A stretch of 64,000 nt of DNA from an uncultured virus (IMG/VR IMGVR_UViG_3300021256_003716) (Duplodnaviria; Heunggongvirae; Uroviricota; Caudoviricetes), in the IMG/VR virus record IMGVR_UViG_3300021256_003716; one strand, given 5' to 3'. Below, one piece after another: positions 10,399-19,107 of this stretch; the stretch's first letter is position 1, and each line of letters opens with the position of its first letter. A model generated the notes under the pieces. That model was given only the letters and a program-made list of their open reading frames with translations. It made no database searches and was not told the origin of the DNA. Position numbers and translations under genes: made by a program.

Positions 10399-10626
10399 AT
10401 GGATAGCTTATATGAATTTTCTAAAAGTATATATGAGAGTATGATTCGCGAATTAGACGAATCACCAAAAGTACAGCCTCAATATTATACATCTATTGTA
10501 AAGAAAAAAGAATATTATGAAAATGTAGACGCGATTACTAGAGTCGGCATTATGAATAATCAGCAAAAAATATCTGATTTAATTGAAAGATTACAAGTAT
10601 TAGAATCTAAAATAGGAGATAAATAA
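10399..10626 (+). CDS. Hypothetical protein
   Basis: ORF track. Confidence 0.65.
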   Translation: MDSLYEFSKSIYESMIRELDESPKVQPQYYTSIVKKKEYYENVDAITRVGIMNNQQKISDLIERLQVLESKIGDK

Positions 10627-10628
10627 TA

Positions 10629-12149
10629 ATGAATAGCGATTATCTTAACAATTATAGTAAAACTGACCTTGAAGCATATATTACACACTTAAATGAGTTA
10701 AAGGCTACCTATGGTGATAAGTACCAGCCAAACTATATGACTGTAAAAAATAACTTAAATATGGAAACACTTGATGCCAGAGCGCGCTTAGGCACTGTAG
10801 AAACTAAGGAAGCATTAGATGAGCTAGAGGACCGAATTGCTGCATTAGAAGTAGCTGCATCAAATATTGGTTCAGGATCAGATACTCCTACTATTGTACC
10901 AACAAAAAGATTAGTTTCTGCTGGTAAGCAATTGGTAAGAACATCCGCTTCTGCATATGTATGTTGGGTACGCGAACCTGTTGGTGATGGTAATTTATAC
11001 GCTGTTTCCACTGGAACAGGATTTGGATTAAGCGTATCACGCGATGGTGGAAAAACCTTTAATTATGTTAGCTCAAGCGATGTTACATTTAATGGGCTTG
11101 ATGAAAGTATAGATACTGATTATCTTGAGCGTATATTTAGATACTGTGATATTGAAAAAGTTGGAAATGAATTTTTATTTATAACCTGCTTTGGAACAGA
11201 AGCTTTTATATTTAAGAGTGAAGACCTTAGGACATTTGATAGAGTATCAACACCAATATCTTTATCTACATATTCATTTATTTTATTAAATGGTAATGAT
11301 GTAATTATTATTGATAATAATAATAAACATGCATTAAAATATGTAAATAACACAGTTGAATTATTAGGCGATATATCTTATGAGTTTGATCCAAGCTATA
11401 GTTATAGAGAAAACAGATATAAGATATTTAAGAATAAAATTTATTTTAAAAATTATAAAACTCATAGTGTATGTACTCTTTCGGAGGACTACTTAAGTGC
11501 AACACCTGTAACTTTTAATAATTCATTGGGTCTTCTAGCCGCTTTCCAAATTGATATACAAAATAATATTTTAATTGTATCTGACCAACAGCATGCATTA
11601 TTTACTACAGATGGTGAGGACTGGCAGATGGTTGGACATCCTTATGCAGATGATTATTTTAGCGCAACTCTTTGTGAGGGTGGCATGATGATACTATATA
11701 ATGAAGCGGATGGCCTTTATTATAGCCGCATGGGTATGGGAGGCAGTAATAATATAGATGGTATATATTGTTGGGAAAATTTAGCAGAAGTTCCTACTTT
11801 AATTTCTGACCCTGAAGATAAGATGAAGTTTAGATCACAAGATGGTAAAGACTATATGCGAAAAGCAAATAATAAAATCTATTTTATACTTAATCGTGAG
11901 GTATATACAATAAATAATCGTAAAATAGAAAAAGTATTTGATTTAAGCAATAGCGCTGCAGACTTTTTTGAAACCGCATTTATTGGCTATAGTAGTGGTA
12001 GACAGTCATTAGTAGTATCAGATATTAATGGATATAGAACTTTTACTTGCCCTAGTGGTGGCTATTCCTATGTTGACCAAGAAGTATATACCTTAGAAAA
12101 TTATAATGCGTCTGGTGATGAAACAGATGTCATTTCTGTAGTTTTCTAA
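10629..12149 (+). CDS. Putative beta-propeller / tail-associated protein
   Basis: Asp-box-like SRDGGKTF, SEDLRTF and TTDGEDW after an N-terminal coiled coil. Confidence 0.55.
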   Translation: MNSDYLNNYSKTDLEAYITHLNELKATYGDKYQPNYMTVKNNLNMETLDARARLGTVETKEALDELEDRIAALEVAASNIGSGSDTPTIVPTKRLVSAGKQLVRTSASAYVCWVREPVGDGNLYAVSTGTGFGLSVSRDGGKTFNYVSSSDVTFNGLDESIDTDYLERIFRYCDIEKVGNEFLFITCFGTEAFIFKSEDLRTFDRVSTPISLSTYSFILLNGNDVIIIDNNNKHALKYVNNTVELLGDISYEFDPSYSYRENRYKIFKNKIYFKNYKTHSVCTLSEDYLSATPVTFNNSLGLLAAFQIDIQNNILIVSDQQHALFTTDGEDWQMVGHPYADDYFSATLCEGGMMILYNEADGLYYSRMGMGGSNNIDGIYCWENLAEVPTLISDPEDKMKFRSQDGKDYMRKANNKIYFILNREVYTINNRKIEKVFDLSNSAADFFETAFIGYSSGRQSLVVSDINGYRTFTCPSGGYSYVDQEVYTLENYNASGDETDVISVVF

Positions 12150-12223
12150 TTATTCTCTTGCTATTTTACAAAGGCCCTATTTATGGGCCTTTTTTATTTA
12201 TGTTATGAGCTAATATAATTATT

Positions 12224-12604
12224 ATGTATACAGGATATTTTGCAAGATTAAAAGCATATGAAGCTGCAGGCTTAATCCCACTTTCTATTTGTGGAAAAGC
12301 GCCCGATTGGTATCAAGGAATGCAATATAAAAAATATGCACCTAAGTGGTCATTTTTTAATGAATGGAAAAACGGCACTGAGCATAGAGGTGATAATAAT
12401 TATTATATTGAACATTTTAATTCTGAAGTTTTAGCAAACTTAAATTTTGAAACTGAAAAAGCTGAGTTAGAAAAGTTATCCAATAATCAGCTTGATAAAA
12501 TTATTCTGCTTTGTTATGAAAAGCCTCAGGATTTTTGTCATAGGCACCTTATGGCGGATTGGTTTAATCAAAACGGGCTGGAATGTAAAGAATATATACT
12601 ATAG
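12224..12604 (+). CDS. DUF488-family protein
   Basis: MYTGYFA...APKW...ILLCYEKPQDFCHRHL. Confidence 0.8.
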   Translation: MYTGYFARLKAYEAAGLIPLSICGKAPDWYQGMQYKKYAPKWSFFNEWKNGTEHRGDNNYYIEHFNSEVLANLNFETEKAELEKLSNNQLDKIILLCYEKPQDFCHRHLMADWFNQNGLECKEYIL

Positions 12605-12614
12605 GAGAATAAAA

Positions 12615-12803
12615 ATGGTAGCACAGCAGGTAGCAACAATTTTTCAGGATTATTGTTATCAGGGCCATGCGCAGGATACAGTTGAAGTATTAGATAGTGA
12701 TGGAAATGTAATTTGTGTTTTAGATAAAATTTCTATTGTCAGAGACCATGATAGAAATGTTGCACAGATTAAAGTACATCATAAAAATAATTCTGAATTT
12801 TAA
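12615..12803 (+). CDS. Hypothetical protein
   Basis: AGGAG RBS then ATG. Confidence 0.65.
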   Translation: MVAQQVATIFQDYCYQGHAQDTVEVLDSDGNVICVLDKISIVRDHDRNVAQIKVHHKNNSEF

Positions 12804-12942
12804 ACCTATATTTTATAGGCTAATTATTATACGATAAAACCCTTGGCGAAGGCTGTAATGGATCCCGCCGTTTTACGATACAGATTCATATGAGCTTGTG
12901 GGTCTTAAGTTAAGTTTCCCTAGGTAAAACTTAACATTAAGT

Positions 12943-13710
12943 TTAGGCCATTTTTTTAGACGTTTCTATTTTTTTATCTATCATATCCCAATCAGCGTTA
13001 TTAAAATTATCATGTAATATTTTATATACTTTACTAAAATATAAAGTAGGTATACCTATAGCAAAATTTTTATTATAAGAACTAAAAGGCCGATAGTTAT
13101 AGATAGTATCTATAATGCCCTCATTTATTTCTTCCTTTGATGGATTTTTATTCTTAAATTTTTCCATTTCAGAAAATAAAGCATCTAATGCTATATCATG
13201 AACTTTCTTATATTCTGGACGAGTTAGACATTCTTCTCTTGAATTATACTCAATAGTTTTTTCAAAGGCGGAATCTAATACTTCTACCCTAATACCTAAT
13301 CCACATGGAGTATTTTCTCTATATCTAATTTCCATTTCAGTATGGATAACTCCATCATAATCAGTTTTATTCCAAATAAAATCTATAAAATCTTTATTCC
13401 ATCGATCTAGATAATCTATATAAATATCTTCTACGTCTTCAAAACCATTTGCCTTAGCAAATGCCATATCATCGCTATTATTTATAGAGAATATCTTAAG
13501 TGGTCTTGTATTTTTATATACAAGGACTTTTCCAAAGAAATCGCCATCAATAAAAAAGTGTTTTACTGCATAGGTAAGAGCAGAATAAAGAAAGCTATCT
13601 GATAAAAAATATACTGTTTGGTTATAATCATGATATGTGCTTTTTTTCGGGTCATATTCGTCAAGATAGTTTTGACCATGAAACCAATATAAGTCTTTGG
13701 AATAAATCAT
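12943..13710 (-). CDS. Putative ADP-ribosyltransferase-like protein
   Basis: WFHG..YFLSD..A..YA..YDGVI pattern, similar to 48527-49717. Confidence 0.45.
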   Translation of the reverse strand: MIYSKDLYWFHGQNYLDEYDPKKSTYHDYNQTVYFLSDSFLYSALTYAVKHFFIDGDFFGKVLVYKNTRPLKIFSINNSDDMAFAKANGFEDVEDIYIDYLDRWNKDFIDFIWNKTDYDGVIHTEMEIRYRENTPCGLGIRVEVLDSAFEKTIEYNSREECLTRPEYKKVHDIALDALFSEMEKFKNKNPSKEEINEGIIDTIYNYRPFSSYNKNFAIGIPTLYFSKVYKILHDNFNNADWDMIDKKIETSKKMA

Positions 13711-14465
13711 AAATAATTAGTTTTTTGTACTTAGTCAAAGTAGGTTACATATTATAAAAGTTGATTAGATTTAGCAACTAATTAAAAATAAATATTTTAA
13801 TTACCTTTACATTTTTTGTAAATGCGCTAATTTAATAATATAAGATTTTTGATGATGTTTACATCATTAAAAATAAATCCTTTAAGGTTTTAAGGAGTCT
13901 GGTGAGCTTCTTATAGAAAACTTCCCACCAAGATATTTTTATATCGTTACCCTTCGGGGTAGGTAAAATGCCTGTGTCGCTTTTTTCCTATGATTGCAAA
14001 TTAAGGATAGTGACGTAGATGTAGGTTTACTTAGATAACTATAATACATTAATTCTTGAGTATTGATTGTCCTTCCGAGGATGATTCTCGTCTGAGTAAA
14101 CGATTTTTGTTGTAATGTTTAAGAAACTTTAATGAAAGCAATCTTTCTTAAAATAATCCAACAAGTCGGTTACCAGAAACTTTTTTGTTTATCAGGGAGT
14201 CAAATCTTTGATAAGCCATCGGATAAACTAGATTGTGGATAGTCGCTTGGGTTCACTACCTTAGCCCTTGTGGAAGGAGACTAGCAGTAAACTTTTCCTG
14301 ATAAGTGGTTTCAGTTTTGGGTTTACAATTTTTAACTAATTAAAATATTAAGTTTTATACTTAATAAAAATTGATTACATATTATAAATGTAAATCAATA
14401 AAAGATACTAATTAAAGTATCAATTGAATGGTTTTTAAGACCAAATTTTTTATAGGAGACAGAGC

Positions 14466-14594
14466 ATGAATACTTCTAAGAAGATTATTAAATCAGTTAC
14501 TCTTAGTGTAAAACCCGGCTGTGGGATTGTGCTACCATGTCTTAAAGGAATTTGGCAAAAGGAAGAGAGCTTAGAAACGAATTTAATTATCTAA
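14466..14594 (+). CDS. Attenuator leader peptide A (42 aa)
   Basis: AGGAG RBS; MNTSKKIIKSVTLSVKPGCGIVLPCLKGIWQKEESLETNLII. Confidence 0.75.
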   Translation: MNTSKKIIKSVTLSVKPGCGIVLPCLKGIWQKEESLETNLII

Positions 14595-14621
14595 AATAAG
14601 ATGTAATTAAAAAAGTTTTCT

Positions 14622-14651
14622 AGGCTCGGTTGAAAAAACTGAGCCTTTTTT
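14622..14651 (+). terminator. Attenuator A terminator
   Basis: AGGCTCGGTT-GAAAA-AACTGAGCCT plus T tract. The 5' arm can alternatively pair with 14567-14577. Confidence 0.8.
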
Positions 14652-14716
14652 ATTGGTAAAAGCTGCTAGACTTCCTTCCAGTCTTAGAAGTCGTTCACAA
14701 TGTTTTTGAAAATTAT

Positions 14717-14790
14717 GCATCATTAGCTCAGCTGGCTAGAGTGTCTGCCCTCCAAGCAGAATGTCGTCGGTTCGAATCCGACATGGTGCT
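14717..14790 (+). tRNA. tRNA-Gly(TCC)
   Basis: GCATCAT/ATGGTGC; TCTGC-CCTCCAA-GCAGA. Confidence 0.85.
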
Positions 14791-14792
14791 CT

Positions 14793-14908
14793 AAAAGAAT
14801 GCTGTAGAAGTGGTATACTTAGATTATAGGTTAATCATTTGAATGCTAATCAAACTTAAGCTGGTTCGAGTCCAGCAGTATAAAGCTGCTTCATTTTTTG
14901 CTTCTTTT
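14793..14908 (+). ncRNA. Y-RNA-like repeat, copy 3
   Basis: Conserved stem enclosing a canonical-order D / anticodon (GCT loop) / T cloverleaf. Confidence 0.65.
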
Positions 14909-14999
14909 GATTTTTATGAAAGATTCGACCAAAATCTTTCAAGACCTGTCAAGCTATTAAAGTAGGTTTGGTCGCTGAAAAGATAGCTTGATATTTTAT

Positions 15000-15071
15000 G
15001 TCACAGTCGTATAACGGTTATTACGTGGCCTTGCCAAGGCTGAAATGTGGTTTCGACTACCATCTGTGGCT
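15000..15071 (+). tRNA. tRNA-Gly(GCC)
   Basis: GTCACAG/CTGTGGC; loop TTGCCAA. Confidence 0.85.
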
Positions 15072-15168
15072 TATAGAGGAAAAACCGTCTGTAACCTCTT
15101 AAAAAACTTGTAGTCAATGGTAGTGGTGGACCTTAATCGAAACTGTTTAGCAGTTAAACCAACTCCAA

Positions 15169-15251
15169 CGGTTCGTGGCGTAATTGGCAGCCGCGTCAGA
15201 CTTAGGATCTGATGCTCTCCGAGCGTGTGGGTTCGACTCCCACCGAGCCGA
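15169..15251 (+). tRNA. tRNA-Leu(TAG)
   Basis: TCAGA-CTTAGGA-TCTGA, long variable arm. Confidence 0.9.
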
Positions 15252-15621
15252 CTAAAGGCGACTAATTGACGTGGTTTAAAAACCTACTCAGGTGGTCTTA
15301 ATGAAGCTTAAGTGTACTCCAGCCTGGATTAAAAGAAGGTGGCTGAAAGCCGGGAATAAACTCGTGTGGTTTTAGAATTCTTCCACATAAGGTAAATGCC
15401 TTAAGAGCAACAGCTCCCGTAGCTTGAGTGTGGATATATTGATTTAACACTCCCTGATAGGATGCTATAACTGAGTCCTAGGATAAGTAAACAGCAGGTT
15501 GTAATCTGTTTGAAGTATAGCAAATTTTTTAAGAATGCCAAAATTTATTTTACTGGCCTTCTTTAGTCTTTTCTTGGTATGTGGTAGTAAAAGGCACTTA
15601 TTTTAATATAGGAGAATGGAT

Positions 15622-15747
15622 ATGAGAAACGTAACTGTTAAAACAATTAAGATTACTCAGATTAAATACAACAAACCAGTTGTAATTAAACCCGTATGCC
15701 CATGGTGTCCTATTAAGGTATGGCCAGATTTGGAAGATTCTAAGTGA
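15622..15747 (+). CDS. Attenuator leader peptide B (41 aa)
   Basis: AGGAG RBS; MRNVTVKTIKITQIKYNKPVVIKPVCPWCPIKVWPDLEDSK. Confidence 0.8.
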   Translation: MRNVTVKTIKITQIKYNKPVVIKPVCPWCPIKVWPDLEDSK

Positions 15748-15783
15748 AATTTTTAATGATGCAAAATTAGAAGTTTGATTTAG

Positions 15784-15812
15784 AGTCTTTCAGGAAACTG
15801 AAAGACTTTTTT
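15784..15812 (+). terminator. Attenuator B terminator
   Basis: AGTCTTTCAG-GAAA-CTGAAAGACT plus T tract. Antiterminator 15730-15745/15778-15793. Confidence 0.85.
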
Positions 15813-15819
15813 ATTTTTA

Positions 15820-15891
15820 CGGCGACTGGGTCAGTAGTTGATCACTCGGCTTGGGACCGAGACCAGGGCGGAGCGTAACCGTCGTCGCCGA
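15820..15891 (+). tRNA. tRNA-Pro(TGG), atypical T loop
   Basis: CGGCGAC/GTCGCCG; CTCGG-CTTGGGA-CCGAG; T loop AGCGTAA. Confidence 0.75.
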
Positions 15892-16046
15892 TATAAAAGA
15901 AATGCTGTAAGATAAGAGTTACTTAGCTGTTGGAGCCGTGTGTCGTGGGTTCGAATCCTACTCTGCCGATTTTCGCCGGCAGATAGCTCAGTCTGGTAGA
16001 GCAACGAATAAAAAACTTTTATTTAGTTTTTGCTTTCTTTTTATAT
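15891..16046 (+). ncRNA. Y-RNA (YrlA)-like repeat, copy 4, with a circularly permuted tRNA domain
   Basis: T arm, then a closed acceptor stem TCTGCCG/CGGCAGA, then a D arm, all inside the conserved stem. Confidence 0.8.
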
Positions 16047-16132
16047 AGGTGTGTGGGTGAGTGGTCGAAACCAACAGTCTCCAAAACTGTCGTGATAAAT
16101 TCTCAACGCCTGTTCGAATCGGGCCGCACCTG
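16047..16132 (+). tRNA. tRNA-Trp(CCA), long variable region
   Basis: AGGTGTG/CGCACCT; ACAGT-CTCCAAA-ACTGT. Confidence 0.85.
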
Positions 16133-16137
16133 AAGCT

Positions 16138-16228
16138 AAGTAGTTGGACAAATTGGTAAAGTCGGCATTGTCCAAAGATGCTGTGTATGCGTACGATACA
16201 CTTATAGGTTCGAATCCTATACTACTTG
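16138..16228 (+). tRNA. tRNA-Trp(CCA), long variable arm
   Basis: AAGTAGT/ACTACTT; GCATT-GTCCAAA-GATGC; GTGTAT/ATACAC arm. Confidence 0.75.
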
Positions 16229-16236
16229 TAATATTT

Positions 16237-16308
16237 CGGAATGTGGGTCAAAGGTTGATCGCTGGTTTTGGGAACCAGATTATGTTAGTTCGAGTCTAAT
16301 CATTCCGA
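16237..16308 (+). tRNA. tRNA-Pro(TGG)
   Basis: CGGAATG/CATTCCG; CTGGT-TTTGGGA-ACCAG. Confidence 0.85.
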
Positions 16309-16484
16309 CTATTCCAAAAAGCGCTGGGAGAACATCCAGAAAAGTTTGGGCTAACACAAACCAAGTAAGGATGCCTAAGCGGAATGGTAACTTTGCTGTG
16401 ATTCTATGGCGTAGTTAGAGATGCTGTAGGCTGGTTAAGGAATAAGGCAACATAATAAGAGCCATGTTGATGAGGAATTTTTAT

Positions 16485-16561
16485 GCTAGTGTGGAAACAA
16501 ATTGGTAAAGTTACCACTCTGATAAAGTGGGAATGTGGTAGTTCAAGTCTATCCACTAGCA
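16485..16561 (+). tRNA. tRNA-Ile(GAT)
   Basis: GCTAGTG/CACTAGC; CCACT-CTGATAA-AGTGG. Confidence 0.85.
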
Positions 16562-16646
16562 CGTGCGTTATGAGTGGAAGGCCTCGCATGATAATGTGCT
16601 ATCTAGGGATTTTTCGGTAAACCTTAAAAATAACCGACCATTTTAC

Positions 16647-16720
16647 TGGACATGTTCTCGACGGTTTTTGGGAGCTGGTCTGATAAACCAGTACACGTAG
16701 TTCAACTCTACGGTGTCCAA
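16647..16720 (+). tRNA. tRNA-Ile(GAT)
   Basis: TGGACAT/GTGTCCA; CTGGT-CTGATAA-ACCAG. Confidence 0.75.
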
Positions 16721-16802
16721 GAGGAGCACGATTGAATAGGGGGCTTCTGAAACAAAAACCGCTATTTAGGGATTTTATGGTAAACCTTAAAAAAACCTAT
16801 TT

Positions 16803-16874
16803 GCTCCTTGTCCTCGACGGGTTGAGGAATAGTTTTACAAACTATCACACATTGTTCGACTCAATGAGGGAGTA
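16803..16874 (+). tRNA. tRNA-Val(TAC)
   Basis: ATAGT-TTTACAA-ACTAT; T arm CATTG/CAATG. Confidence 0.75.
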
Positions 16875-16882
16875 TATTATTT

Positions 16883-16953
16883 GTTCTATTCGTATAATGG
16901 TAGTACCTTAGCTTGACGTGCTAATGGCGGAAGTTCGATTCTTTCATAGAACA
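16883..16953 (+). tRNA. tRNA-Val(GAC)
   Basis: GTTCTAT/ATAGAAC; TTAGC-TTGACGT-GCTAA. Confidence 0.85.
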
Positions 16954-17114
16954 GCCTAAGGTTTCATCAGGTATCCAAAGATAGGCGGAAACTTGGTAGG
17001 TAGAAATACCTCTGAAAATATTGGGAGTTAACGTTACCCAATCTATGAGTAAGTTAAGTGAGTTTTCAGGTTTAGCACATTTTTGTGTTAAACTAGAAAT
17101 CTCAAAAATATTTT

Positions 17115-17186
17115 GGTCGGTTTGCCAAGTGGTAAGGCGGGTGGCTGCAACCCATCTATGCAGGTGTTCGATTCATCTACCGATCT
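17115..17186 (+). tRNA. tRNA-Cys(GCA)
   Basis: GGTCGGT/ACCGATC; loop CTGCAAC; U73. Confidence 0.9.
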
Positions 17187-17254
17187 TAATTTATGGCAGT
17201 TTAGCCAAGCGGCTCTTGCAGCGGTCTATACTTATTATTTTTACTAATTATTAT

Positions 17255-17926
17255 ATGAGTTTTAGTGAATATAACAAGAAAAGACAAAAAGACTGGTTTT
17301 GTGATGAATGTAATAAAACATTTAAAACACGTGTTGAATATCGTCAGCATCGTAAGGAAGTTAAGCATAAATCTGCTCATTCTAGGCCTTCTATAAATTG
17401 GACCTGTGAATATTGTGGATGTGAAAGGTTTTCTCCAAAGGGGTCTCAAACACTTCATATGAAATATTGCTTAGCTAATCCAAACCATATTCAGTGTATA
17501 GGACATAAAGTATTAGAAGAAACTAAAAATAAAATTTCTAAAGGTATGGTTCTAGTACATAAAGAAGGTCGTGCTAATGAATGGCAAGGTAGACGCGAGC
17601 GTAGCTATGCGGAACAAAGCTGGTATAATATTTTTACAAAGGATTTTGGTGAAGGCTCTTTTGCTAATAATTATTTTGTAAAGAAATATTGGCTTGATTT
17701 CGCTTGGCCTGAGAAAAAATTATATTTTGAAGTTGATGGCCGAACACACTTTACAGAAGAGGGACTTCTTCATGATAAAGAACGTACTGAGTTTCTTATT
17801 AGTGAGGGATGGACACTAATCGGTAGGTGTAATTGGTCAGAATACCAAAAATTATCTAAAGAAGATAAAGAGTCTTTTGTTAGGGCTATTGAAAATAAAA
17901 TTTTGGCCGTGAATCCGAATGGTTAG
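17255..17926 (+). CDS. Homing-endonuclease-like protein (zinc finger, NUMOD3-like, DUF559/Vsr-like nuclease)
   Basis: CDEC..H..H, EETKNKIS, YWLDFAW..YFEVDGRTH. Inserted inside a tRNA array. Confidence 0.8.
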   Translation: MSFSEYNKKRQKDWFCDECNKTFKTRVEYRQHRKEVKHKSAHSRPSINWTCEYCGCERFSPKGSQTLHMKYCLANPNHIQCIGHKVLEETKNKISKGMVLVHKEGRANEWQGRRERSYAEQSWYNIFTKDFGEGSFANNYFVKKYWLDFAWPEKKLYFEVDGRTHFTEEGLLHDKERTEFLISEGWTLIGRCNWSEYQKLSKEDKESFVRAIENKILAVNPNG

Positions 17927-17977
17927 GTAGCAAGTCTGCAAAACTTGTTGTTGAGGGTTCGAATCCCTCCGCGGTCT
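17905..17977 (+). tRNA. tRNA-Cys(GCA)
   Basis: CAAGT-CTGCAAA-ACTTG; overlaps the endonuclease stop codon. Confidence 0.85.
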
Positions 17978-18034
17978 TTATAAAATGACGGTGGTGGGTT
18001 CGAATCCCACCCCCGCCTCTTAAAGGAGACTTTT

Positions 18035-18190
18035 ATGGATTGTGGCATGGTAATAATAAATGGGCCTATGGCTGAAAGAATTTATAATGCTATGCTAGAA
18101 TCATCTGAAAAATCTAAATCTAATAAGGAAAAGCGTGAAAAGCGTTTAAGAGAGTTTGAAGAACGTATGAAGAAGAAACAGAGGGCTTAA
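18035..18190 (+). CDS. Small hypothetical protein (51 aa)
   Basis: AAGGAG RBS; below the track cut-off. Confidence 0.55.
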   Translation: MDCGMVIINGPMAERIYNAMLESSEKSKSNKEKREKRLREFEERMKKKQRA

Positions 18191-18259
18191 CCTTCTATTC
18201 AGTCCATTGGAATTGAAGGTGCCCAGTTAAATGGAACAAGACATTTTCAATTTTTTAAT

Positions 18260-18331
18260 GGGCTGTTAGGAAAGCGGATAATCCACTGGTCTTTTAAACC
18301 AAGTAGCCGGGTTCAACCCCCGGACAGCTCA
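18260..18331 (+). tRNA. tRNA-Lys(TTT)
   Basis: GGGCTGT/ACAGCTC; loop CTTTTAA. Confidence 0.8.
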
Positions 18332-18339
18332 TCTTTTAA

Positions 18340-18428
18340 GGGCACGTTCCGATAGTAGGTTTAATCGACCAGACTTTTAATCTGGAGAGGCTTGTTCCTC
18401 ATCGTGGGTCCGAATCCCACCGTGCTCA
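18340..18428 (+). tRNA. tRNA-Lys(TTT), long variable arm
   Basis: CCAGA-CTTTTAA-TCTGG; GAGG/CCTC arm. Confidence 0.8.
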
Positions 18429-18435
18429 TTTTTAC

Positions 18436-18527
18436 GGGCGTGTTAGTATAGCCAGGTCGAATACAGCAGACTCTTAATCTGCCGGAGCATTGTTTCTCCC
18501 ACGTGAGTTCAAATCTCACCACGCTCA
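18436..18527 (+). tRNA. tRNA-Lys(CTT), long variable arm
   Basis: GCAGA-CTCTTAA-TCTGC; GGAG/CTCC arm. Confidence 0.85.
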
Positions 18528-18531
18528 TTTT

Positions 18532-18606
18532 TAGCCCATAGCTCAAGTAGTTAGAGCAGCGCCCATTTAAGGCGTCAGGTTCTTAGTGCAAGTCTAAGTG
18601 GGCTAA
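18532..18606 (+). tRNA. tRNA-Lys(TTT)-like
   Basis: TAGCCCA/TGGGCTA; loop CATTTAA with A33. Confidence 0.65.
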
Positions 18607-18653
18607 ATCTTTATAAATGTGAAACAATATACCAGTATATTGCATATTTATTA

Positions 18654-18799
18654 GAATGTTCAGTGCAATAAGTGCCATATGGTTGGCTGCGTATTCAGTA
18701 GGTAAGCTGAGTTCACTGGAGACATTGGTTTAAATCCAATCCGGAAGGTTTCAACTGGTAGTTAGAGAAAGACATAGAACGCCAGTGAATTGAACATTC
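18654..18799 (+). ncRNA. RNA with a permuted tRNA-like domain
   Basis: GAATGTTCA/TGAACATTC and TTCACTGG/CCAGTGAA stems enclose a T arm, a closed stem and a D-like arm. Confidence 0.55.
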
Positions 18800-18836
18800 A
18801 ATTTTTGTTTATAAAAGCATATGTTATTATAAAATT

Positions 18837-19082
18837 ATGTCATCAAGTAATTATGAGGAAGTAGACGCCGTTGAAAAAAGTTCCGGTGGTACTTATAATC
18901 GGTATATTTGTCCATTTTGTAAACGAGTTTTGTATACTCAGAAATCAGGATTCTATCATGATGTACTTTTCGATAAAATAAAATCGCATAAGTTAGTATG
19001 TAAAAAATATCAAGCAGCTGTAGTTTGTGGAAAAGCAAATTCTAGATATTTTTATTATAAAATTATACATTATAAGATTTAA
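18837..19082 (+). CDS. Small CxxC..H..C zinc-finger protein
   Basis: RYICPFCKRVLY..HKLVC; paralog of the 21427-22697 cluster. Confidence 0.7.
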   Translation: MSSSNYEEVDAVEKSSGGTYNRYICPFCKRVLYTQKSGFYHDVLFDKIKSHKLVCKKYQAAVVCGKANSRYFYYKIIHYKI

Positions 19083-19107
19083 CAATATACTCGTTAATAT
19101 TTAATTT

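Noticed and set aside
13840..14330. ncRNA or replication origin in a 0.5-kb ORF-free gap
   Set aside because: Some hairpins are present but no recognisable motif or iterons, so there is not enough support for a call.
17195..18020. Intron-split tRNA spanning the endonuclease
   Set aside because: The 5' fragment GGCAGTT does not pair with the 3' fragment CCCCGCC, and no group I/II intron core is visible.
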